From NCBI GenBank assembly GCA_963829055.1, contig CAWHHI010000004.1, positions 832,001 through 896,000 of the forward strand: a DNA stretch of 64,000 nt, read 5' to 3'. Under the pieces are notes generated by a model. That model was not told the DNA's origin, searched no databases, and worked only from the letters and a program-made list of their open reading frames with translations. A program made the position numbers and the translations under genes. This stretch comes from an uncultured Gemmatimonadaceae bacterium (GTDB taxonomy: Bacteria > Gemmatimonadota > Gemmatimonadetes > Gemmatimonadales > Gemmatimonadaceae). Every line of letters begins with the position of its first letter. Positions within the stretch are counted from its first letter, which is position 1. This document shows positions 33,857-42,702 of this stretch, piece after piece.

Positions 33857-34564
33857 GTGCATCACTGCCGGCAGCACGACCGGCGCCGCGCAGCGACGTT
33901 TCCTCGCGTCGTCGGCCGACTCGCGGTTGTTGCTGTGGTCGCCGCTCCTGTTACTGCTGGCGCGCAGGCATGGGCATATCCGTCGTTCCAGCCGCCGCGT
34001 GTGATGGACCGCGAGTTCAACTTCGGAATCGCTGATGCGGGCCGTGCGGGAACGTCGCTGGTCTTCCAGTGGCGCGAGGGTTTATCGGCGCGCTCACAGC
34101 TCTCACTCGATGCCGGGTTCGCCGACCCCGACGGCGACAGCAACGGAAAATTCCTGCTGGGTGGCCAGTACGCTCAGCTGCTCAACCAGGCGAGCTCGGA
34201 AGTTCCGGTCGACTTCCTGCTGACTGCGGGCCTCAACTTCGCCGTCGGCGAGGGCAGCGACCTCTTTCGTATTCCACTCGGCGTGTCGGTCGGGCATCGC
34301 TTTCCGCTGGAAGATGGTTTCGCGATCACGCCGTACGTGCACCCGCGAATTTCCTTCGACAGCTGCACCGAGTGCGGAGACAACGGCGACAGCAGGAACG
34401 ACCTCGGCATCGATTTCGATCTCGGCGTGAACTTCGAGGTGACGAGACAGATTTCGTTCCGCGTCAGCGGGGTCTTCGGCGGTTCCGACACGTTCAGCAG
34501 CTCGGATGGGTTCGGGCTCTCTCTCGCGTGGACGCCGGTCGGGCTGTCGAAGCCTCGGAAATAG
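33857..34564 (+). CDS. Hypothetical outer-membrane beta-barrel protein (start uncertain)
   Basis: Signal peptide ending AGA-Q; strands such as IPLGVSVGHRF (compare VPVGLGVGYRF in the upstream gene) and DFDLGVNFEV. Confidence 0.65.
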   Translation: MHHCRQHDRRRAATFPRVVGRLAVVAVVAAPVTAGAQAWAYPSFQPPRVMDREFNFGIADAGRAGTSLVFQWREGLSARSQLSLDAGFADPDGDSNGKFLLGGQYAQLLNQASSEVPVDFLLTAGLNFAVGEGSDLFRIPLGVSVGHRFPLEDGFAITPYVHPRISFDSCTECGDNGDSRNDLGIDFDLGVNFEVTRQISFRVSGVFGGSDTFSSSDGFGLSLAWTPVGLSKPRK

Positions 34565-34628
34565 CTGGAGGGCCGGGGTGGCTTGCAACTTGCCCCCTCC
34601 GACCTCATCAATCCTCCAGTAAACGCAC

Positions 34629-35027
34629 ATGCCTGAGGCAAGTCTCCCCACAGTACTCGTCGTGGACGACAACCACGATAACGCGGATATCATGCGGCAA
34701 TACCTCGAGGCAAAGGGGTACCCCGTGTCCGCCGCCTACAGTGGGGAGGAAGCGCTGTCGCTGTTCGAGTCCGTTCGGCCATCGATCGTCCTGCTGGACA
34801 TCATGATGCCGGGCCGCGACGGGTGGGAGGTCTGCCGGCTCATGAAGCAGCACCCTTCCCATGGTCGCGGTGTACGGGTCATCATGGTAACGGCGCTCGA
34901 TCAGTGGGACGACAAGCGGCAGGCGCTGCAAACCGGTGCTGACGACTACGTGACGAAACCGATCGACCTGCCGCGGCTGGTGCGCGTCGTGGAGCGCAAC
35001 GCGGCAGCCCTCCAGGGCGCGGCGTGA
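34629..35027 (+). CDS. Single-domain response regulator
   Basis: VLVVDD, LLDIMMPG, MVTA, GADDYVTKP. Confidence 0.93.
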   Translation: MPEASLPTVLVVDDNHDNADIMRQYLEAKGYPVSAAYSGEEALSLFESVRPSIVLLDIMMPGRDGWEVCRLMKQHPSHGRGVRVIMVTALDQWDDKRQALQTGADDYVTKPIDLPRLVRVVERNAAALQGAA

Positions 35028-35054
35028 GAGGTCCTCGCGCGCAGCCATGACCGC

Positions 35055-36738
35055 GTGAAGCAACCGGTCATCCTCACCGACAGCGACGACCCGTCCATTC
35101 GCGACGCGGCCGGCTTTCTTGATTCCTGGGACGTCGTCGTTCGCCGCGATCGAGAGCTTGCGGCGGCGGTGGAGGAAGTCGCTGACGTTCGCGTCATCAT
35201 CACGACGACGGACAACCCGAACGCCCTGCGCGACATTGTCGACCGCGCCCGCGCCCGGTCGCTCGCCGTGATCGTCGGATGCGCGAGCGACATGGCGCGT
35301 CGCCGAGCGATCGAGCTTCGCGTCGACGAGTGGTTCCTGGTTCCGGCGACGGGTGAAGAGATCGCGGGCCGCGTCCGCTCGGCGCTCTCCCGCGTGGCTC
35401 CGGCCGCAGCGGCGCTCGCGGACCGGGTCGAGCGCTTCGAGTACGAGCAGAATGCTCTACGACCATCTCACCGGCCTCCCTACGCTGCCGGTGATGATCG
35501 AACGGTCGCGCGCGCTCATCAAGGAGCGCGGCGAGATGATCGTGCTGTACTTCAACTTCGTGCGCTACTCGAAGATCGAGGAGATCTACGGGTGGGAAAA
35601 GCTCGACGCGGTGCTGGAGACGACGGCGCAGGCGGTCCGGGAATTTCTGGACGCGAGCGTCCTCCGCTCGTCTCGGGTGATGGTGAGCTTCACCAACGAC
35701 GACGACTTCGTCTTTTTCCACGTGCCGGCACCTAACGTTGCCGCCGTGACGGATGCGGAGATCACGGATCTCGTACCGAAGCTCCAGGAATTCGTCGGCG
35801 GACGCATCGAGACGACGCATGGCGAGGAGATCGCGTCGCTGTTCGAGATCTACGTCGGCCGGGCGCACGTGTATTACAACCCGAAGATCCGGCTGCAACG
35901 GCTGATCTATCGGGGTATTCGTGAGGCGGCGAACGCGGCCAAGGGGATCGAGCAGCGCGAGCGCGGACGCCGCGTGGACGATCTCAAACGGAGCCTGCGC
36001 GAACGCGCGGTCTACGTCGATCTGCATCCGATCCTGCTCGCGGAATCGCGTCAGGTCTACGGGTATGAGGCGCTCGCGCGCGGGACGCTCCGCACGCTGC
36101 GGAGCCCGGAGATCATGTTCGACGTCGCCGCCGAGGCGGATCTCTTGTGGGAGCTCGGTCGGCTGTGTCGGAGCCGCGCCATCGAGGCGATGAAGACGCG
36201 CCTAACGCGCGGTGAGTTCCTGTTCCTGAACGTCGATCCGCACGACTTCGCCGACCCGCAGTTCAGCCAGCTCGACCAGGAAGTGCCGGACCCGAGCCGT
36301 GTCGTCATCGAGATCACGGAGCGGACGGCGATCAAGGACTATCCGAAGTTCCGCGAGCGTCTGAGCGCCCTGCGCGAACGCGGCTACCGCTTCGCGGTCG
36401 ACGACGCCGGGAGTGGCTACGCCGGTCTCGGCTCGATCGCGAACCTCGAGCCCGATTTCATCAAGCTCGACATCTCGCTGATCAACTGCATCGACACGAA
36501 CTTCATCAAGCAGAATCTCGTGGAGACGATGGTGCGGTTCGCGAACGATCAGGGCGCGAAGGTGATCGCCGAGGGTGTGGAGCGCGCGGAGGAGTACGAG
36601 ACGGTGAAGCAGCTTGGCGTGCACATGGTCCAGGGGTTCTTCCTGCATCGTCCGTCGGAGAACGCGGTGGCGCGCACGGGAGAGCACGCCGCGAGCCGCC
36701 CGTCGGATACCATCGCGCACGTCGGCGGAAAGACCTGA
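35055..36738 (+). CDS. EAL-domain c-di-GMP phosphodiesterase with degenerate REC-like and GGDEF-like domains; frameshift near 35451
   Basis: Joined reading EQMLYDHLTGLP; EAL motifs YEALARG, FLNVDP, IEITE, DDAGSGYAGL, IKLD, AEGVE, QGF. Confidence 0.85.
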
Positions 36739-36856
36739 CGGTCGTCCCGAGCATTCGCGAAGGATCATTTGTGATGCAATCGTGGCCGCGGCTGGCCACG
36801 GTCATACTCGAGCATCCCTCGCCGACGCTCGGATGAGAACCACATAAAGAACGGCC

Positions 36857-36948
36857 GACAGGATTGCAGGATTGGCAGGATTGACAGAGATGTCTCAGGG
36901 ACGGCGCGATCCGCCTGCCGGCAATCCTGTCAATCCTGCAATCCTGTC
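36857..36948. repeat. 27-bp inverted repeat made of CAGGATTG 8/9-mers
   Basis: GACAGGATTGCAGGATTGGCAGGATTG (36857-36883) pairs with CAATCCTGTCAATCCTGCAATCCTGTC (36922-36948) with one mismatch. Confidence 0.8.
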
Positions 36949-37050
36949 TCTTGTGTTGTTTGCTTTTCCTGTCGGCTCAGCGATTACGTCTGGTTACGGG
37001 AACTTCCGTGAGGCCATCGTAGCCAGTCCGGCCACGATGACGGTCGAGAA

Positions 37051-37110
37051 GATCCCTCGCTGACGCTACGCGGACGCTCGGGATGACAGCGCTGACGCTC
37101 GGGATGACAA
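37051..37110. repeat. Right arm of the REP-like element, terminal unit duplicated
   Basis: GATCCCTCGC...CGCTCGGGATGACA occurring twice in tandem; a degenerate copy lies at 36741-36837. Confidence 0.7.
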
Positions 37111-37123
37111 CGAATCCGATCGC

Positions 37124-38419
37124 CTAACGCGATGTCCCGCCAAGAAGCTCGGAGACGATCTCCCACGACCGCTCCGCCGCGCCCAGTCCGCCCTCGACGA
37201 GATCGCGCGCCGCGCGTCCTGTCTCCGCCCGCAGGCCATCATCGGAGAGCCAATCCGTCAACCGTGTCTCGATCGCCGCTGCGCTGTCGGCGGTCGCGCC
37301 ACCACCCGCGGTGATGAGCAGCTCCGCGTCGCGACTGTTCGTGAAGCGCGGCCCGAACAACACCGGCACGCCGAACGCGGCCGGTTCGAGCACGGAGTGT
37401 AGTCCCGCCGAGTGAAAGCCGCCGCCAACGTAGGCGACGCTCGCGAGTGCATACAGATCCCCGAGCACGCCGACGCGATCGACGATCACGACGTCCGCGA
37501 CAGCCGCGTCAGGCGCCCCGAGACGCGCGCCGCGCAATCCCGCATCGATCGCCCATCGTTCGACCGGTCGCACGTGCGCGTCCGTCGGCTCGTGAGGCGC
37601 GATGATGAGTCGAGCGTCCGGGAGTGCCGCCATGACCCGGGCCCACGCCGCCAGGAGCGGTCGCTCGTCCGCTGGCCACGTCGACCCCGCAACGAGCGTC
37701 GGGCGGTCAGACGCGAGTGCGGCGACAAATCCCGTCGCGCGATCGACCGCACGTACACGTGCCCACACCTGGTCGTACCGTGTGTCGCCGGTAACGGTGA
37801 TGCGATCGTGCCGCACGCCCAGCTCGACGAGCCGCTCGGCATCGCGCGCGTCGATCGCACCAACAACGTTCAGCCGGGCATACGCGTCGGTCAGCAATCG
37901 CGCCGCGACACCGCGCCGCCGCGATGAGCCTTCAGCCAGCGTTGCACTGACGAGCCCCAGGGCGACGCCGCGCTCGGCCGCGACGCGGGCGAGGTTCGGC
38001 CACACATCGAGTTTGCTGAACACCAGTGCACGTGGCTGGAGCGCGTTCAACGCGGATCGCGCCTCACCCTCGGTGTCGAACGGCAGGTAGTCCGCGAAGT
38101 CGACGTCCAGGCCGCGCGCGAACGCCGCCGCGCTCGGCGAGAAGAACGTATAGGCCAGCTGCGCGTCGGGTCGCTTCGCGCGCGCGATCTGAAGCACGGG
38201 GCGCGCCTGCAATCCTTCGCCAACGGAGGGCGCGTGCATCCACAGCAGGGGTCGCGTGCCGTCGCGATGGGTCGCGCCCCAGTGTGCATAACGCGTACGA
38301 ATGTCGCGACGGCCGCGCAGGGCCCGCAGAATCTTTGCGTCGCCGTTCGGTGCGAGTGCCGCGAGCATGCGCGCGAGCTGTCCTGCCGCGTCGTAGCCGA
38401 TCCGGAGTACGGCGTCCAC
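37124..38419 (-). CDS. waaA: 3-deoxy-D-manno-octulosonic acid (Kdo) transferase (start approximate)
   Basis: WMHAPSVGE, YLPFD, GDTRYD, AGSTWPADE, IAPHE, YVGGGF...HSVLEPA. Confidence 0.9.
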   Translation of the reverse strand: MDAVLRIGYDAAGQLARMLAALAPNGDAKILRALRGRRDIRTRYAHWGATHRDGTRPLLWMHAPSVGEGLQARPVLQIARAKRPDAQLAYTFFSPSAAAFARGLDVDFADYLPFDTEGEARSALNALQPRALVFSKLDVWPNLARVAAERGVALGLVSATLAEGSSRRRGVAARLLTDAYARLNVVGAIDARDAERLVELGVRHDRITVTGDTRYDQVWARVRAVDRATGFVAALASDRPTLVAGSTWPADERPLLAAWARVMAALPDARLIIAPHEPTDAHVRPVERWAIDAGLRGARLGAPDAAVADVVIVDRVGVLGDLYALASVAYVGGGFHSAGLHSVLEPAAFGVPVLFGPRFTNSRDAELLITAGGGATADSAAAIETRLTDWLSDDGLRAETGRAARDLVEGGLGAAERSWEIVSELLGGTSR

Positions 38420-38448
38420 GGCGCGCAGCGGTCGCGAGCCGAGTGCGG

Positions 38449-39196
38449 CTACTTCGTGCCGGCGGTGGCCAGCGCGGCGTCGAGGACCTTCCTCAGGTCC
38501 GCCGGCATCTGTACGCCTTCGAGGAGTTGGTTGCCGATGAAGAACGACGGCGTCGCGCGGACACCGGCCCGCGTGGCTTTCTCGTGATCGGCCTCGATCA
38601 GCGGCAGCATCTTGTGCGACGACACGCACGATCGGAGTGCCGTGGGCTCGGCACCGACGGACAGGCGCGAGCGAATCGAGGATGGGACCGGGTTTGGGAA
38701 GCGGCACCCATTTATCCTGCGCCGCGAACAGCGCGTCGTGCATCTCCCAGAACTTGTTCTGCGCGGCGGCGCACATGGCGTACTCGGCCGCTGGAATCGC
38801 GTTCTGATGACTACCGATCGGGTAGTTGATGAACGCAAGACGAACTTTGCCGTTGTCGATGTACTCGCGGCGGATCGTCATGTCCGCCGAGTCGTGCCAC
38901 ATCTTACAATACGGGCATTGGAAGTCGCTGGAGAGAATCATCCAGACTTTCGCGTTCGGATTCCCTCGAATGCGTGCGCTGTCCGCGCGAGCGACCAACG
39001 GGTCGACCGACGAGCCGGTAGTCGATGGTGTCGAAGCCGATGACGCATCGCTCGCGGGCGCCTGCGCGCTCGGCGACGCGGCCGCTGCAGGTGTAGCGCT
39101 CTCGACAGTGGCAGGAGCGGATTTCGCGGTGGCGTCACCAGCACCTTTGCAGGCGGAGAGGAGAGCGATCGCGATGATGCGAAGGGAGATTGTCAT
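38449..39196 (-). CDS. DsbA-family thioredoxin lipoprotein; frameshift near 38665
   Basis: Lipobox LSAC; SDFQCPYC; KFWEMHDALF; C-terminal GVRATPSFFI in the frame of ORF 38449..38838. Confidence 0.85.
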
Positions 39197-39513
39197 CGAT
39201 GAGTGTCGGAACGAGTCGGCGCGTCTCGGAAGGCCACGAACGGCTGATCGACGCGGCGACTGCAGAGGCGCCGTAAAGATATCGCCAGTGGGACCTAAGT
39301 CGCTACGTGTGCGTTTCATCACCGATCTGTACAGGGCATACCTCTTGCACCCCGGCTCGCTGGAACTCGCGCGCGCGATGCCGGCGATGCGAGGTGGAAA
39401 ACGACGAAGCACTCGATAGTATCGGTGCTGTCGTGGTGAGTGGTCGCTCGCGGTTCGTGCTGGCGCGCGCTTCGCGAACTATGCCGGTTCGCTTCACTAG
39501 CTCGGGAGGGCTC

Positions 39514-40761
39514 ATGCGCAAACCGCCGCGGGGCGTAACGTGGTCGTTGGTCGCGTGCGCGGCTGTCGCCATGGCGTCCGTAGCCAGTGCGCAGCAAGTG
39601 GAGCCGTATGGCCAGACGATGCAATTCGGTGCCGGCTACATCAACACGCCTGCCGCGTGGGTCTCGCGACGGTCCGCGGATTCGTGGCTCACGCTTTCCG
39701 CGAAGGACTTGCCCTCGTCCGGCGACGGCAGTCAGGGCAGTCTCGCGACTCGTCTCAACTCCAATCTCGCACTCGATACGCATTGGGGCGGACGCGTCTC
39801 GATCGGAGCTTCGCTCTATAGCCAGAACCCGGAGTGGGGCATCTTCGGACAGGCGCTCGTGCTGCGCGACGGCGACCTGGGTTTTCTTCCGGATTTCGCC
39901 ATCGGTGCGCGGAACATCGGCCGCTTCAAGCACGAGGATCGCTTCCTGATCGGGCACGACGTCGTGCTCGACAGCACCGGCAAGTACGACGACGTCGTCG
40001 TCGCGCGGTATGCGGGCTTCAAGACGGCGCCCACGCTGTATGCGGTGCTGACGAAGAACGTGCCGCTCGCCGGGTACTCGGAGCGAGGCCAGAAGTCGAT
40101 GTCGTTCAGTCTTGGTTACGGCAACGGCCTGTTTCGGGACGATGGCGGTCTCGGCGACCAGTACAACAACAGCGGTACGATCGCCCGCGGCCTGTTCCTC
40201 GGCAGCCGACTCGTTATGCACCCGTGGGAGGGCGGCGCCCTGACCGTGCTCGCGGAGAACGATGGCTGGGACTGGAACGCCGGCGTCGTGGCCGAGTGGC
40301 GCGGCGTGACGTTCGGGTTGTACGGGACGGAGCTCGAGGCCGGAGGTCGGAACGGCGAGAGCGAAGGCTTCAACGTGTACAACTACACGAAGGTCAACTT
40401 TGCTATCGGCTACAGCGGCAATGTTCGCGACATCTCGCACGGCGTCGTTCTCCGCTCGCACATCACCGAGATGACGCGCGAATCGCAGCGCCTCCGCTAC
40501 GAGATCTCGTCACGAGAACGTCGCATCCAGAAGCTCGAGGTCGAACTCGCCAGCGCGCGTCAGGGCGAGCTCGCCCAGCTCGAGAGGCGCCGGCAGCAGT
40601 TGGAGATCGACCTGCAGGCGGAGCGAGAGGCCATCAAGCGCGCGAACGACCGCCTGAAAGAGCTGGAGCAGAGCGGTGTACGCCCCCCGGCGACGAAGCC
40701 TCCTCCGAATCCACCGGCCAATCCGCCGACGACGCAACCGCCGGCGGGGAGGCAACCGTGA
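39514..40761 (+). CDS. Secreted putative beta-barrel protein with C-terminal coiled coil and Pro-rich tail (paralog 1)
   Basis: GGGAGG RBS, signal peptide ASA-QQ, aromatic beta-strands, E/R/L-rich coiled coil, PPPNPP tail. Confidence 0.7.
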   Translation: MRKPPRGVTWSLVACAAVAMASVASAQQVEPYGQTMQFGAGYINTPAAWVSRRSADSWLTLSAKDLPSSGDGSQGSLATRLNSNLALDTHWGGRVSIGASLYSQNPEWGIFGQALVLRDGDLGFLPDFAIGARNIGRFKHEDRFLIGHDVVLDSTGKYDDVVVARYAGFKTAPTLYAVLTKNVPLAGYSERGQKSMSFSLGYGNGLFRDDGGLGDQYNNSGTIARGLFLGSRLVMHPWEGGALTVLAENDGWDWNAGVVAEWRGVTFGLYGTELEAGGRNGESEGFNVYNYTKVNFAIGYSGNVRDISHGVVLRSHITEMTRESQRLRYEISSRERRIQKLEVELASARQGELAQLERRRQQLEIDLQAEREAIKRANDRLKELEQSGVRPPATKPPPNPPANPPTTQPPAGRQP

Positions 40762-41961
40762 CGATCTTCCGTTCGCTCCGTCACCTGGCCATCGCGGCCG
40801 CGGCGTTAGGTATCGTGCCTGGCGCCGTGCGCGCGCAGCAGGACTTCCCGCAGACGCTCTACTGGGGCTCCGGGCTGATCGATATCCCCGTGGCGTGGGT
40901 GTCGCCGCTCACTGGCGACTTCTCGTTCGGCTATTCGGGTAAGGGGTTCCGCGTGGACCCGGTCGCGACGAAGCTCAATTACGACGACCGTCTCAATTCG
41001 CAGCTGACGCTCTCGACGTCGCTGCTCGGCCGGCTCGAAGGCGGGGTCGCGTTCTTTTCGAGCAACCCGGAGTACGGCTTCTTCGTGCGCGGCCTACTCG
41101 TTAGGCAGGAAGACCTCGAAGCACGCGGCGGAGCGCTCCGGTGGTTCCCCGCGGTGGCGGTCGGCATGCGAAACCTCGGCAAGTACGAACACATCGATCG
41201 CTTCGGCGTCGGGTACGCGCTACTGCCGCCGACGGCGGACAGCCCGGACGCGCGTCACGAGCCGGACTCCCTGCATCTGAACTTCGACACCGCGCCGACG
41301 TTGTACGCCGTGGCCACGAAGAGCCTGACGCTGAACCAGATCCGCGACACCTGGCCGAACCTCGGGGTGAGCCTCACGCTGGGCTTCGGCAACGGCTTGT
41401 TCCGTGACGACGGCGATCTCGGCGCGTCCTACGCGAAGAACGCGACAGGCGGGCTGTTCTACGGTGCGACCGTGGACCTTCCGGTGTCGCCGGACCTCCG
41501 CTTCACCCTGCTGGCCGAGAACAACGCGTGGGACTTCAACGTTGGTGCGACTGCCGCGTACCGCGGGCTCCACGCTGGCCTGTACGTCACCGAGTTAGGC
41601 GCCGGGTCGAGCTCTTCGTCGACTCCGTTCTACAACTACCGAAAAGTCGCGTTCAGCCTCGGTTGGCAGAGCAACATCCTCGCGCTGCTGCACGGGGATT
41701 TCTTGCAGAAACGAGCGGACCTCCTGGCGCGTGAGCGCGAGCAGCTCCTCAAGGACATCAGCGAGCGCCAACGCCGCGTGGCGGCACTGCAGCTCGAGCT
41801 CGATCGGTACGAGGCACAGAATCTGCTCGAGCTGGAGCAGCGCCGCGCGGCTGCCGAGCTACAGCTGCGAACGGAGCGGGATGCACTGCGCCGTCTCGAG
41901 GACCGGCTGAAGCGCGTGGAGCAGCAACGCGGCACGATCGCCGCCGCCTCCACAACCGTAG
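40758..41961 (+). CDS. Secreted putative beta-barrel protein with C-terminal coiled coil (paralog 2); probable frameshift near 41940
   Basis: GTGA overlap. Shares G.I..P.AWVS, S.NPE.G.F, DRF..G, TAPTLYAV.TK, LG.GNGLFRDDG.LG and LAEN..WD.N with paralog 1. A one-base shift gives PPPPQP-stop at 41961. Confidence 0.7.
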
Positions 41962-42003
41962 CCGATGTCGATGCATCGATTCTCAAACGGCGGGAAGCCT
42001 CCC

Positions 42004-42702
42004 ATGATCAGACGCGTACTGTTCGCCGTAGCGGCGGCGGCGCTCGCACTGCCGAGCGCCGCAACGCGCACTGCGCTCGCGCAGACGGACGCGACGTACA
42101 AAGCGAAGCGCGAGCAGCTCTCGAAGGAGCTCGCGGAGACGGAGAAGGCGCTCGCGGATGCGAAGGGGCAGCGCGTGCAGCTCCAGGCACGGCTCGAGAG
42201 TCTCATCGCGCAGGCCATGCAGGAGCGCGCGCAGACGCTGCTGCTGAGCAACGAGCAGACGGCGCTCCAGCAACTCGACGCGCTGTTGGCGACGTCGCAG
42301 ACGAATCTGCAGGCGCAGCGTGATCGCTTCGTGACGCTGTCGGATGCCGTCGGCGCGCGCACCGGGGCCACACTCGTCGTGCTGCTTCGCGCCGATTCGT
42401 CGCAGGCGCAGACGGTGCAGTCCGCGATCGTCACGATCGACAGCGTTGCCGCGCCGCCGCGCACGTATTCCGCGCCGGCGTCAGGCGCGCTGTCGCGCGG
42501 CGCCGTGGATGAGCTCTTCCGCTCGTTCGTCGTTCCCACGGATCACTCGATCGCCGTCCAGATCACCGTCGATGGCCGGACGCTCACCGGCACGACGAGA
42601 GTTCCGGCGGCACGTCAGGCTGTCACGTACGTGCAATTCGCGGTGAGAAATGGTCAGGTGACCTCCTCCACATGGACGGGTCGCGGAACCGGGCCATTCT
42701 GA
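42004..42702 (+). CDS. Secreted coiled-coil protein with C-terminal beta-rich domain
   Basis: Signal peptide ALA-Q, long coiled coil, beta-rich tail; TGATG overlap with the next gene. Confidence 0.7.
   Translation: MIRRVLFAVAAAALALPSAATRTALAQTDATYKAKREQLSKELAETEKALADAKGQRVQLQARLESLIAQAMQERAQTLLLSNEQTALQQLDALLATSQTNLQAQRDRFVTLSDAVGARTGATLVVLLRADSSQAQTVQSAIVTIDSVAAPPRTYSAPASGALSRGAVDELFRSFVVPTDHSIAVQITVDGRTLTGTTRVPAARQAVTYVQFAVRNGQVTSSTWTGRGTGPF

Noticed and set aside
37124..39412. 762-aa apparent DsbA-WaaA fusion
   Set aside because: The DsbA C-terminus is in another frame ending at 38449; the fusion results from a frameshift near 38665.
39834..42323. 829-aa ORF
   Set aside because: The first ~300 codons are an off-frame shadow of the upstream gene; the tail overlaps the gene at 42004 because of a probable indel near 41940.
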